From a virus (lineage: Duplodnaviria > Caudoviricetes), in IMG/VR virus record IMGVR_UViG_3300030376_003536, positions 1-44,682 of that record: a stretch of 44,682 nucleotides of DNA; one strand, given 5' to 3'. The position numbers and the translations under genes are program-made. Position 1 is the first letter of the stretch, and the number at the start of each line of letters is the position of its first letter. Under the pieces are notes generated by a model. The model was not told the DNA's origin and did no database searches. It was given only the letters and a program-made list of their open reading frames with translations. Of this stretch, positions 1 to 8,558 are shown piece by piece.

Positions 1-77
1 CAATTGTTACAGAGCATAAAGCTTCAAAGTAATATGTTTTCATATAACCTCCTAGATTAACATTTGATATGATATTT
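1..77. repeat. Terminal direct repeat copy 1 (probably assembly circularisation overlap)
   Basis: caattgttac...gatattt is identical to 44603-44679. 77 is a commonly used assembler k-mer length. Confidence 0.9.
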
Positions 78-291
78 CATCATCGTCTAATAACAATACA
101 GCTATTTCATTATCTGTTTTGTTATCTTTTAACACTACGTATGATTCATCATCTTCTAATTCTATACCTTCTGTGATATAACTATATAAATGATGAGTCA
201 TATTATGATTGTAATGCTCTCCTTGGCTTAAAGACCTAACTAATTTAGGTGTAATGCCTTTTATAGCTTTACTAAGTTCTCTATCCGTCAT
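52..291 (-). CDS. Hypothetical acidic protein (start re-assigned to MTDRELS)
   Basis: The ATG at 291 follows a purine-rich AAGAGAAAA and overlaps the stop of the upstream gene. Confidence 0.7.
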   Translation of the reverse strand: MTDRELSKAIKGITPKLVRSLSQGEHYNHNMTHHLYSYITEGIELEDDESYVVLKDNKTDNEIAVLLLDDDEISYQMLI

Positions 292-559
292 AATTTTCTC
301 TTCTTTTTGGTGATGGTGGTATTGTAAGAAAATCATTTTCTTTGCTGTAATCCTTATCTTTAAAATAAGTCCAAGGCATAAGTACCTTATTAAAGAATTT
401 AGCAATTTTACTTCTGCCTTCGTATGTTACATCATCCATACCTCTTGAATATCCATGACGATAACCTCTTCTGTACATTGATTCCATATCATATTGCCTA
501 GTTAGTTCTTTTGCGTTATGCTTTTTAGTACTTAACTCTTCAGCTGATATTACTTTCAT
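281..559 (-). CDS. Hypothetical protein
   Basis: ORF with GGAGG RBS in a tightly packed operon. Confidence 0.75.
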   Translation of the reverse strand: MKVISAEELSTKKHNAKELTRQYDMESMYRRGYRHGYSRGMDDVTYEGRSKIAKFFNKVLMPWTYFKDKDYSKENDFLTIPPSPKRRENYDG

Positions 560-567
560 AATTCCTC

Positions 568-717
568 CTATTTTTTGTTATGTATTATTTTATCTAAATG
601 TTCTTTAGCAATGCGTTTAAGTGTGCCGCTATCTGCGTTAGTTGTTAATATTTTATCGTATCCCTCTATTGCTTTAGATAACATTTCTTCTAATGTTCGT
701 TGTTCTTTATTTGACAT
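568..717 (-). CDS. Small hypothetical protein (49 aa, MSNKEQRTLEEML...), not in the ORF track
   Basis: Translated by hand. It fills the gap between neighbouring minus-strand genes. Confidence 0.6.
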   Translation of the reverse strand: MSNKEQRTLEEMLSKAIEGYDKILTTNADSGTLKRIAKEHLDKIIHNKK

Positions 718-950
718 TTTGGACATAGTTTCTTTTCCTTTCCATATGCAGGGAAGTTTTTATACCACATATATTTAGTTGAAGAGTTGTCAGGTCTAGC
801 TTTTGGTTCCCAACAATGATTGCATTTTATACAATGTTTTATGCTTAAATCAGCTTTTTTATCTAGTCCACAACCCTTATGTCCTTTTGTTTTAGGTAGT
901 ACTCTATCTTTAGTAGTCCTTTCCAAATATCTCTCTATTATGTGAGTCAT
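690..950 (-). CDS. Putative zinc-ribbon protein
   Basis: CIKCNHC and CPKC cysteine clusters. Confidence 0.65.
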   Translation of the reverse strand: MTHIIERYLERTTKDRVLPKTKGHKGCGLDKKADLSIKHCIKCNHCWEPKARPDNSSTKYMWYKNFPAYGKEKKLCPKCQIKNNEH

Positions 951-1089
951 TTATATATTCCTTTACACGATTATATTTTATTTTAAGCAATGGAACTGCA
1001 TCTTTAACGTGAGGACATGATGTAAAACTTTCCACATGGTTTAAGATACTAGTTATATCATCTATTTCTGTTTGGATTAGTTTATTCAT
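910..1089 (-). CDS. Small hypothetical protein (59 aa, MNKLIQTEIDD...), not in the ORF track
   Basis: An AAGGAG RBS precedes the ATG at 1089, and the frame is open to the TAA at 910. Confidence 0.65.
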   Translation of the reverse strand: MNKLIQTEIDDITSILNHVESFTSCPHVKDAVPLLKIKYNRVKEYINDSHNREIFGKDY

Positions 1090-1110
1090 TTTATCTCCTT
1101 TTTGTTTGTT

Positions 1111-1142
1111 GAGGTGATACTAACGCCAATCAGTACCACCTC
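1111..1142 (-). promoter_or_regulatory. RNA hairpin upstream of an RBS
   Basis: 11 bp inverted repeat whose single mismatch is a G-U pair only on the minus strand. Confidence 0.55.
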
Positions 1143-1256
1143 TACTTTCACTTTTGTCAGCCATTTCCTTTTAACCACCATACAAAATAGAATCCTTTCA
1201 TTTTTAATTTAAGGTTTACAATTTATCAATGGTCACTAGGATATGCCTAGCTTTTC

Positions 1257-1604
1257 CTATCCTGCTATTTTTTTTAACAGGAGTAAGAAATCTTTGTAAC
1301 GTATAGTTACTAATGGTTCTCCTCTATCTTCCTTTATAATTTGTCCATAGACATCATCACAAGGTTTATATAGGTCACCAATTTTTTTACGAGCTTTAAC
1401 TTGAAACTTATACAAGTCTTCTTTGTTAATTGCACTACCAGAGTTAGGTGTTGTTATAGTCATATCTACCTCTTCGTGCCAACCAAGGGATCTTCCATCT
1501 GAACCCCACGCTCTGCGTGATTCAAAGCCAAATCCTTTAGCTAAATTAACACATTCTCGTTCTACTCGATTGCCTTTTTGTTTAGCTGCTCTACCTCCGC
1601 TCAT
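1257..1604 (-). CDS. Holliday junction resolvase, Hjc/PD-(D/E)XK type (start MSGGRAA)
   Basis: KQKGNRVERE helix, then VD and QVK, matching the archaeal-type/phage Hjc pattern. It lies downstream of the replication genes. Confidence 0.8.
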   Translation of the reverse strand: MSGGRAAKQKGNRVERECVNLAKGFGFESRRAWGSDGRSLGWHEEVDMTITTPNSGSAINKEDLYKFQVKARKKIGDLYKPCDDVYGQIIKEDRGEPLVTIRYKDFLLLLKKIAG

Positions 1605-1806
1605 TTGTATAGTCCTCATGTTCTTTATATGGATTATTCTCATTTAATGCGTTTTTACATATATGTGCAACTAAGATAGTCATTCTTGCAGATTCTTCTG
1701 AAGTATGTTCATCTTGCTCTCCTATGTAAAAGGATTTATAAGCATTGCTTACATGTATTTCAGTACCAGCTTTTTGTCTGGTTACATTCCATTCATATTT
1801 AGCCAT
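1591..1806 (-). CDS. Hypothetical protein
   Basis: GAGG RBS and TAATG coupling to the upstream gene. Confidence 0.65.
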   Translation of the reverse strand: MAKYEWNVTRQKAGTEIHVSNAYKSFYIGEQDEHTSEESARMTILVAHICKNALNENNPYKEHEDYTNERR

Positions 1807-1991
1807 TATTCCTCCTCCTCTGATTTTCTAATAACATCATCGTATTTAGGCATGCCTAGTAATTCAAATATAGCATCAAGTGCTTCTTGTCCATCGCTAG
1901 ACATACGTTGTCTATCTGTATGTTCTAAATCACTTAATAATGATATTAGCTGCTGCATCTTGGTTGATGCTAAATTAGGATATATTTTCAT
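1806..1991 (-). CDS. Hypothetical protein (probable start MKIYPNL)
   Basis: The start overlaps the stop of the upstream gene. Confidence 0.6.
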   Translation of the reverse strand: MKIYPNLASTKMQQLISLLSDLEHTDRQRMSSDGQEALDAIFELLGMPKYDDVIRKSEEEE

Positions 1992-2224
1992 AATAACCAC
2001 CTTTTTCTTATGCAGAAACTCCAAAGTAATTCAAACTTTGTAATTCCTACGTTGAAATGTATATGTTCACTTTCTTCTTGTGAGGCGTATCCTGCACCAA
2101 ACAAGAACAAATTAAACAATATTATTCTATTACTATGATAGGTATTGGTTCCGTCACTATCTACTCTTTTTGTTATTTTAACTATTGGTACACCTAATAT
2201 AGTGTAATGTATTGCATTTTTCAT
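1988..2224 (-). CDS. Hypothetical protein
   Basis: ORF in the operon following the primase hairpin. Confidence 0.6.
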   Translation of the reverse strand: MKNAIHYTILGVPIVKITKRVDSDGTNTYHSNRIILFNLFLFGAGYASQEESEHIHFNVGITKFELLWSFCIRKRWLL

Positions 2225-2243
2225 AGTACCCTTTTATTATATT

Positions 2244-2279
2244 ATAAATAGGGAAAGCAGTTATACTTCCCCTATTTAT
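2244..2279 (-). terminator. Hairpin after the primase-helicase gene (terminator or processing site)
   Basis: 16 bp stem with two G-U pairs on the minus strand and a 4 nt loop. Confidence 0.6.
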
Positions 2280-2285
2280 TATTGT

Positions 2286-4127
2286 TTATGCATATTTTGA
2301 AAAACTAAAAGTTTTCCAGTCAAATGCTGTGACTATTTCAAAGTCTGACTCGTCACGAGATGCAAGAGACTTAATTTTACGCTTCTTGCTTTGTTTACTA
2401 CCTGTAAACGCTATGATTTTGTCTGACTTTTGTGCTACATCACTAGCACCTTTTGCACTATATACATCTAGCTCTTCACCTTCTTTATGTCTGTAACTTG
2501 CACTTTTTGATAAATGATTTACTGCAAGTACAATAATGTCTTTTTCGACAGCAAGGTTTTTGAGAGCATTAATAATATATATTTGCTGTTGTAATGGTTC
2601 TTTCTTAGCAAACTTAGCTTGAACTACGTCTAATGTGTCTACAACAATAATCTTAACATCATATTTATCTACCATTTCAGCATATTGACTTATGTCTGGT
2701 GCTGAACTAGCATCGATAATATCTAGATGTGCAAGTTTGTTTACACCTTCTTCTATTTTAGTATTGTCACCAGCAATGAACATATTTTCTATTTGTTCTT
2801 TGCTTTGACTTAATACTATTTGATAGAATCGTCTAGCCATTAGTTTAGCTTGTACCTCTAAAGAGAAGAACAAGGTTGGTATATCAATGTTAGCAATAAT
2901 ATATTGCCAGAAAGCAGTCTTACCTAGTTTTGTGTCACCTGTTAGTACAACAAGCTCGCCACATTTAACTACATAGTCTTGTGTCATAAATGGAAATACA
3001 TCCTTTATGTTAAAAGACCTATTAGTAAAGTCTTCTGTGTAAGACTCTAGTAATATTTGTGCCATTTGACTAGAGTTAACTGCTGATACATTGTCATCTA
3101 AATCCTTGTATCTATATAGAGTACATTTGCTATCGCAATATCTTGAAAGCACTTCATCTCTACAACTATAATTGTATCCATCCTTAGAGGTAATACTTCT
3201 TAAAACAGTACTAACTTCTTCGTTAGGTAATGGTTGTGATAATGAATTGTTCCATGCTCTAGCCATACTCATAACTGCTTCTTTAGGAAATCCAAATTTA
3301 GTTATCCATAAACTAGCAAGACGTAACAAATGCTTATGTCTATAACCATGTACATATCCAGCATTATACATATGTTGTATGCATGTAATATGTTTTGTAG
3401 GTTTGTATTTTACATTAGTAAATATAGCTTTTGTTATTTTTTCGTTTTTCTCACTAGGTACATAGGGAACTAAATTAGGATAAAGTTCACTTACATTAGA
3501 AGGTAACTTACTATGTGCATACATTTTAGAATTGGTTTTAGCAAAGTCCAATACTTCATCGTATGCCCATTGATTAGTAGTTACTGCTACTAAAGGCAAG
3601 GGAACTTTATACCTATTAGATTTTCTGTTAAGAGAATAACTAGCACGAATAAGTCTAGTATTGTCGTAGATGTTGTCGATGTATTTAGCAAAATCACGTT
3701 GCATTGTAGCTTTAACTGATGCAGCAATACTGCTGCTTGATTTAAAACCATATATATCTGGTAAATGTATATGAAAACCTCTACCAGAAAACCATACGTT
3801 AATATGCTCATCTTTTACACCTAGTTTTCTCATGTCTTCAACAAGATTACCAACTTTTTCTATAGTTACGTCACCTTGTTTTTGACCTTCTAGGTCTACG
3901 TCAATATATAACTTATCTATTGCCTGCTTACCATTGTATCTTGCTACTGTGCCATGTTCAGCATGATGTTTTTTTATTTCATCAGGTTCATATAGAAACA
4001 TACTACGATATATTTCTCTACCTTTATTTTTGTTTAAAACATCTTTGAAATCAGCAAGTGTGCAAAATTTGTTACGATTTGCAACTGTGTTGATTGCATA
4101 TTCTATTAGATAAGTGTTATTTCCCAT
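2286..4127 (-). CDS. AEP (PrimPol-type) primase fused to a PriCT-like domain and a DnaB-like SF4 helicase
   Basis: AEP motifs LYIDVD, FSGRGFHIH and RLIRASYSLN. PriCT-like GYRHKHLLRLA...PLPNEEVSTVLRS. Cys cluster C-x8-C-x3-C. Walker A GDTKLGKT, FSLE, Walker B IIVVD and VNHL. Confidence 0.88.
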   Translation of the reverse strand: MGNNTYLIEYAINTVANRNKFCTLADFKDVLNKNKGREIYRSMFLYEPDEIKKHHAEHGTVARYNGKQAIDKLYIDVDLEGQKQGDVTIEKVGNLVEDMRKLGVKDEHINVWFSGRGFHIHLPDIYGFKSSSSIAASVKATMQRDFAKYIDNIYDNTRLIRASYSLNRKSNRYKVPLPLVAVTTNQWAYDEVLDFAKTNSKMYAHSKLPSNVSELYPNLVPYVPSEKNEKITKAIFTNVKYKPTKHITCIQHMYNAGYVHGYRHKHLLRLASLWITKFGFPKEAVMSMARAWNNSLSQPLPNEEVSTVLRSITSKDGYNYSCRDEVLSRYCDSKCTLYRYKDLDDNVSAVNSSQMAQILLESYTEDFTNRSFNIKDVFPFMTQDYVVKCGELVVLTGDTKLGKTAFWQYIIANIDIPTLFFSLEVQAKLMARRFYQIVLSQSKEQIENMFIAGDNTKIEEGVNKLAHLDIIDASSAPDISQYAEMVDKYDVKIIVVDTLDVVQAKFAKKEPLQQQIYIINALKNLAVEKDIIVLAVNHLSKSASYRHKEGEELDVYSAKGASDVAQKSDKIIAFTGSKQSKKRKIKSLASRDESDFEIVTAFDWKTFSFSKYA

Positions 4128-4378
4128 GTGTGTTCTGCGCTCTTTGTTTTGACTCGTTTAATCTCTTTAATATCAAGACGTTGCATAAGCTCTGGAGTAC
4201 GTTTAAATTCACGCCAATATCTTCCTGCAGTACCTGCATTGAACATTTTGTCATGATATACTAAACCATACTGAGTAAAGCTATTCTCAACCTCATGGCT
4301 GGCAACTCGAAAGTTACCAGCATCCATGCGAGATTTAAGCCAGTTTATCAATATATGAATAACTGTTGGCTTACCCAT
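4106..4378 (-). CDS. Hypothetical protein, possibly winged-helix DNA-binding
   Basis: Small basic ORF between the SSB-like and primase genes, containing a TAGRYWREFKR helix. Confidence 0.55.
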   Translation of the reverse strand: MGKPTVIHILINWLKSRMDAGNFRVASHEVENSFTQYGLVYHDKMFNAGTAGRYWREFKRTPELMQRLDIKEIKRVKTKSAEHTWEITLI

Positions 4379-4908
4379 TACAAATCCATATCATCACTTA
4401 CATCAGAACTATCTGCTGATGGTTCTTGAGTAGGTTCTTCATAGATTTTAATCCAACCATCACGAACTTGCTTGTCAAATTCTGCTTTATGAGCATCTTG
4501 ACCAGCAGCTGCTGACATAACAATGTCAAAGTCGTTCCAGAATGGTTTACCATTATCTCTAAGCCTATCACTAGGATATGTAATGTAAGAGAACTCCTTA
4601 CCTACTGCTTGGTCAAACCATGCATCAGGTATTACCATGTCTCCATTGAGGTCTTTAGTGTTAACACCTACAGCCTCAAAGAACTTAGCAACTTTGAATG
4701 CACTACCCCAAGGGTTCTTAGGATTGTCTTTCTTAAAGTTACCAGAAATAGTAAATGTGTAGTCATAAGACTCACCATCTTTACTTTGTTTCTCTATTAC
4801 AACATCTAAACATACGTCATTGTTCCATGACATATATGATTTAGGTGGTTCGCTGTACCTTGCAGATACAGATTTAGCTTTAACAACTTGTCTATAACTT
4901 CCAGCCAT
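4378..4908 (-). CDS. Putative single-stranded DNA-binding protein
   Basis: Beta-rich body and acidic C-tail (DSSDVSDDMDL), directly after ERF. Confidence 0.6.
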   Translation of the reverse strand: MAGSYRQVVKAKSVSARYSEPPKSYMSWNNDVCLDVVIEKQSKDGESYDYTFTISGNFKKDNPKNPWGSAFKVAKFFEAVGVNTKDLNGDMVIPDAWFDQAVGKEFSYITYPSDRLRDNGKPFWNDFDIVMSAAAGQDAHKAEFDKQVRDGWIKIYEEPTQEPSADSSDVSDDMDL

Positions 4909-5531
4909 TATTTACTCTCCTTTGTTTTTTTGATTGCGTTTTGTAGTTTAACTATAGCTTTAGCAGCTCTTTCTTCAGTAGGGTTTTCGTCAATTAGTTT
5001 TCTAACCTTTCCTGATGTACCAGAACCTTTTAAAGCTGGATCTCGTGATAATCTATCTAACTTGATATTTTGCTCTACAGTTATGTGACCTTTTGTAGGT
5101 TCCTTACCATTAAGCAATGTCTGTTTACGATTATCCATGCTATCAGAATCTTCTGTATCATCAATAGCAAATAAACCATTACAAGCGTACTTACGAGCAT
5201 ACGTTGATGCTGTGCCAGTCATCTGTGGGTCATCCATACCTTTCTTACCAACTGATTCTCTAGCAAATGCATCTACAGATATTGCATCGCTTCCATCAGA
5301 TAGTTCAACTGTTGCTTTAATGTAAGTACCATTGTTTTTGTCTACTAGTTCATCTGAAATTGTAAGAACGCAAGCAGTTTTATCTAGCAGCGGCTTTACA
5401 TTTTCAAAGATGTCGTCTAGTGTTCTGTAGTTGAATTTAGCAAAGTTATTTACATTAGACTTTTTTACTTTCAGCTCATGCTGTATGTAATTTAGTTTTT
5501 CTGTAATAGTTGCTGTTTTAAAGTCACTCAT
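4908..5531 (-). CDS. erf: ERF-family single-strand annealing recombinase
   Basis: KSNVNNFAKFNYRTLDDIFENVKPLL and QMTGTASTYARKYACNGLFAIDD are ERF signature motifs. Confidence 0.9.
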   Translation of the reverse strand: MSDFKTATITEKLNYIQHELKVKKSNVNNFAKFNYRTLDDIFENVKPLLDKTACVLTISDELVDKNNGTYIKATVELSDGSDAISVDAFARESVGKKGMDDPQMTGTASTYARKYACNGLFAIDDTEDSDSMDNRKQTLLNGKEPTKGHITVEQNIKLDRLSRDPALKGSGTSGKVRKLIDENPTEERAAKAIVKLQNAIKKTKESK

Positions 5532-5541
5532 TAATTACCTC

Positions 5542-6540
5542 CTAGTTTAAATTAATGTTTTGTTGTTTATTATACTTTACCCATTTCTGTGCTATCTTAA
5601 ATGCTTTTACATTATAATCATAACCAGCACCAAACTGCGTAGTTTTTACCCAGTCTTTATATTGCTTGTCATGTGTATAATATTGTGTAACAGCATTGTA
5701 TGCATCCCAGAGTGTTTCACCTTTATTACCTATACCATTGTAAAAGTTATCCTTTATTTTATTATATACAGGTAACGCAGTATTGCGTACAAATATATCC
5801 ATGTTTGGTTTGGATTCTTTGTGCCTATCTTTTAAGAATGGTATAACTGTTTCAAGATATAAATCTAATGAGTCTTCTCCTATTTCTATCTCACCAAAGT
5901 TATTCATGTCATCAATAGCAGCCTTAAAGTCTCCGTTAGACCTTGATATAATATTTGTAAGGTTCTTAACTCTGTCTTTTATGCTACTTGTATGTTTAAG
6001 TGAGTAATTCCATTTAGATTCTCTTGATAATGCTAGTTCAATAGTATTGTAACATACTACACGAACACCTGTAGGTCTGAAAACACTACCAGCTGAACCA
6101 TCGTGTGATGTATATAATAATACATATTGTTCTATTATATCATCATTACCAACTGTGTATTTTTCTGGTGATTTAGCAAGTATCCATACTTTTCTACCAT
6201 CTTGTACACTACCTGCTGTTTCTAGTTTGAAACCCATATCAAGTAATGGTTCAAATGGTGCAAACGCTTCACGATTTTGTAATACACCATATCTTTCAGA
6301 TACACCTTTACCTAGTATTTGACCAGTATCTGCTCTGTATGTGCAATATCCACCAGTAGGCATAGCAGAGGTGTGTATATCTCTGTCAAAATAGTATGTT
6401 TTACGTTTGTTTACTTCCCAATTAAGCTTTGCATAGTGCAATGCTTCTTCTATTGTTGGAGCGTCTTCTACTCTAGTTCCTTGTTCGTGCCAAGGCGTAT
6501 CTCCAACGTACATCATGTTATCTATAAATGCTGGACTCAT
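5542..6540 (-). CDS. DUF932 / TIGR03299-like phage-plasmid protein
   Basis: PWH..G, VSERYGVLQNREAF, ETAGSVQDGRKVWILA, SHDGS, VRVVCYNT, HT and TLWDAYNAVT motifs. Confidence 0.85.
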   Translation of the reverse strand: MSPAFIDNMMYVGDTPWHEQGTRVEDAPTIEEALHYAKLNWEVNKRKTYYFDRDIHTSAMPTGGYCTYRADTGQILGKGVSERYGVLQNREAFAPFEPLLDMGFKLETAGSVQDGRKVWILAKSPEKYTVGNDDIIEQYVLLYTSHDGSAGSVFRPTGVRVVCYNTIELALSRESKWNYSLKHTSSIKDRVKNLTNIISRSNGDFKAAIDDMNNFGEIEIGEDSLDLYLETVIPFLKDRHKESKPNMDIFVRNTALPVYNKIKDNFYNGIGNKGETLWDAYNAVTQYYTHDKQYKDWVKTTQFGAGYDYNVKAFKIAQKWVKYNKQQNINLN

Positions 6541-6668
6541 ATGTCCTCCCTTTCTAATGATAAGTTTGTGTGACAGTCTAAACAGATTAAATTCTCATAT
6601 ACATTGTTTTCAACTTCTGCAGGAATATATTCTTTGTTTTTATGTTCACAGTTTTTTTGTTTCTCCAT
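6537..6668 (-). CDS. Small putative zinc-binding protein (43 aa; CEH...CLDC), not in the ORF track
   Basis: Translated by hand. ATGA overlap with the DUF932 start. Confidence 0.5.
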   Translation of the reverse strand: MEKQKNCEHKNKEYIPAEVENNVYENLICLDCHTNLSLEREDI

Positions 6669-6843
6669 AGGTTTGTTTCCCTTTGATTTTAGCTTTTGCT
6701 TTTAAATGAAAAAGCTCTGTTTGTAGTTTGTCAGCTTGTGATGATGTTAACTCTTGTAATCCAAGTATTAATGTATCTACTTCGTCTAGTGTTAACAATA
6801 TTCCAAACTGCAATCTACCTTTATCATTTAGTTTTAGATACAT
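6646..6843 (-). CDS. Hypothetical protein
   Basis: ORF in a packed operon. Confidence 0.55.
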   Translation of the reverse strand: MYLKLNDKGRLQFGILLTLDEVDTLILGLQELTSSQADKLQTELFHLKAKAKIKGKQTYGETKKL

Positions 6844-6973
6844 TGTCTAAAGTTCCCATGTGATAATCAATAGCTCTTGATAGCTCTTTAGCTTTAGTTA
6901 TATACAATGGTTTAGCTGTACCAAGTTGGTCAAGAAACTCTTGTATTTCTTTTAGTAACTCTTTAGTTGTCAT
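6824..6973 (-). CDS. Small hypothetical protein (49 aa, MTTKELLKEIQ...), not in the ORF track
   Basis: AGGAG RBS upstream, and it fills the operon gap. Confidence 0.55.
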   Translation of the reverse strand: MTTKELLKEIQEFLDQLGTAKPLYITKAKELSRAIDYHMGTLDNVSKTK

Positions 6974-7262
6974 TTTCTTTCTCCTTTTGTTGTTCTGTAA
7001 TATGTTGTTTTATGATTACTTCTGTAACACCAAATCTATCCATACCTTCAAGACAATCTCTCAATTGTGTTTCAGTCTGGTTATTGTGTGTTATTGTTGT
7101 TGCACCATCTACAAGTATTTCAATGTTGTAACGCTGCTTGCTGCTTACTACATTTCCTACTTTACTTGTAGCTGTGCTAACAAATCTCAACATGTTGTTA
7201 AGACCAAATGCAAGATAACCTAACGTCTTGCTTAGTTGACCAATTAATGTCATTTTATTCAT
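6963..7262 (-). CDS. Hypothetical protein
   Basis: GGAG RBS, with a start overlapping the upstream stop. Confidence 0.7.
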   Translation of the reverse strand: MNKMTLIGQLSKTLGYLAFGLNNMLRFVSTATSKVGNVVSSKQRYNIEILVDGATTITHNNQTETQLRDCLEGMDRFGVTEVIIKQHITEQQKEKENDN

Positions 7263-7552
7263 TTATGTTCTCCTCCCTCAAGCCATCTATCGATATGATT
7301 ATTCTCTAGATCCCTTAGTTTATTTTGTACGTTGATTGACTTGCATTCATCTACATTCAATTCGTAACGTATAGGAGCTGGCTGCATTTGCATCCTCATT
7401 GTCTTGCCTGTTTCATATGCATCTTCAAAGCATTGTGGGCAATAGACAACATCATGTCCTTTAGTTTCGTATTCTTCTGTTTGTGAATTTAGTTCAACGT
7501 ATGTTGTTTCAACCATTTCTGGTTTAATATCTGGATGTATCATACATCTCAT
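7259..7552 (-). CDS. Putative zinc-binding protein
   Basis: CMIH...CPQC and a GGAGG RBS. Confidence 0.7.
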   Translation of the reverse strand: MRCMIHPDIKPEMVETTYVELNSQTEEYETKGHDVVYCPQCFEDAYETGKTMRMQMQPAPIRYELNVDECKSINVQNKLRDLENNHIDRWLEGGEHK

Positions 7553-7576
7553 AATTACCTCCGTTTATTTATATAT

Positions 7577-7642
7577 TAGAGATAGAAAAGACCGTTTATC
7601 ACAGGAAGATAACATATCAAAGATTGGTCTCTTCTACCTCTA
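7577..7642 (-). promoter_or_regulatory. 17 bp RNA stem with a 32 nt loop (processing site or sRNA candidate)
   Basis: tagaggtagaagagacc pairs with ggtcttttctatctcta using two G-U pairs on the minus strand. The loop contains ATCTTTGA. Confidence 0.65.
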
Positions 7643-7675
7643 TTAGAATTTAATTCATTTCTAAGAGAATTACTA

Positions 7676-7816
7676 TTAGTTTTTCTCTTCTTGTTCCTGT
7701 ATTATTTTGCCATCTTCAAACATCCAAACACCTAATTTTTGGAATCGTTCAAAGTCGTCAGGATTACCTCCATGGCAAGCACACATAAATGCAAAATCTG
7801 TTTCTGTTATTACCAT
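7676..7816 (-). CDS. Small hypothetical protein (46 aa, MVITETDFAF...), not in the ORF track
   Basis: Translated by hand. The start overlaps the end of the upstream gene. Confidence 0.5.
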   Translation of the reverse strand: MVITETDFAFMCACHGGNPDDFERFQKLGVWMFEDGKIIQEQEEKN

Positions 7817-8169
7817 TTTGTTCTCATGTCCTTTCCTTTATACTTTTTAATTAGTTTTATTAGATTCTTTGGTTTTCTCCAAAGTACTCTTTCAGTAAGA
7901 TGTGGAGTAGCATGTCTTACACCATATTGTTCTCCGTAGTATTTTTCTACTACATCAATAAGTTGTTCTGGGTAATCTTTTACTCTTGCACCTAGTTTTT
8001 TTAATAAACCTAAATGCATTTCAACTAAAATTACACCTTCGTCATTTCTATGTCCACGACATACAACTCCTAAATCAATCCAGTTATAAGCAGAACGATT
8101 GTAATCTGCTTGGTCTAGTTTCATAAGAGCTGATGTTCTTACTTGTTGTTTTACTATTAAGCGTTGCAT
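7810..8169 (-). CDS. Hypothetical protein
   Basis: AGGAG RBS. Confidence 0.75.
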   Translation of the reverse strand: MQRLIVKQQVRTSALMKLDQADYNRSAYNWIDLGVVCRGHRNDEGVILVEMHLGLLKKLGARVKDYPEQLIDVVEKYYGEQYGVRHATPHLTERVLWRKPKNLIKLIKKYKGKDMRTKW

Positions 8170-8182
8170 TGTTACTCCTATT

Positions 8183-8524
8183 CTATGTTGCTGCTAAACC
8201 CCAAAAGAAGAACGCTTTAATATTTCGCTTTCCTTTGTAACCTTCTTTTTCCTTTATCCGTTTTAATATAGCACCTTTTATTTCAATGCAATTCCATGCA
8301 TTAAATTTTGTGCCATCCATAGTATTGTCTACGAATTTCCAGAATTTTTTAGTATCATATCTAGGTGCGTCTTTTCTAATGAAAAACCCACTTGATGTAG
8401 ATATTGTACCATTATATCCATCATGTCCATAATCGTATTCTGCTTCTTCTACTAACTCATTGTATGCTTCCTCTGCATTTTTGTATCTACCTAATGCAAA
8501 GTCTGTTGAATCAAATGCTCCCAT
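8183..8524 (-). CDS. Hypothetical phage protein
   Basis: AAGGAG RBS, with YGHDGYNGTIST and FFFWGLAA motifs. Confidence 0.8.
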   Translation of the reverse strand: MGAFDSTDFALGRYKNAEEAYNELVEEAEYDYGHDGYNGTISTSSGFFIRKDAPRYDTKKFWKFVDNTMDGTKFNAWNCIEIKGAILKRIKEKEGYKGKRNIKAFFFWGLAAT

Positions 8525-8558
8525 TATTATTCTCCTTGTTTTTGTTTGTTTAATTTTT

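Noticed and set aside
1-77. 77 bp terminal repeat as a biological direct terminal repeat
   Set aside because: It falls inside coding sequence in mid-operon and equals a standard assembler k-mer, so it is best explained as circular-assembly overlap. The 3 trailing mismatched nt look like an assembly tip.
1143-1256. Intergenic stretch with several AGGA motifs and 14 aa mini-ORFs, with 9 nt complementarity (ATGAAAGGA) to the loop at 8859-8867
   Set aside because: The matches are too short to exceed chance in an AT-rich genome, and the GGA motifs are not in repeated hairpin loops as in CsrA-sponge RNAs.
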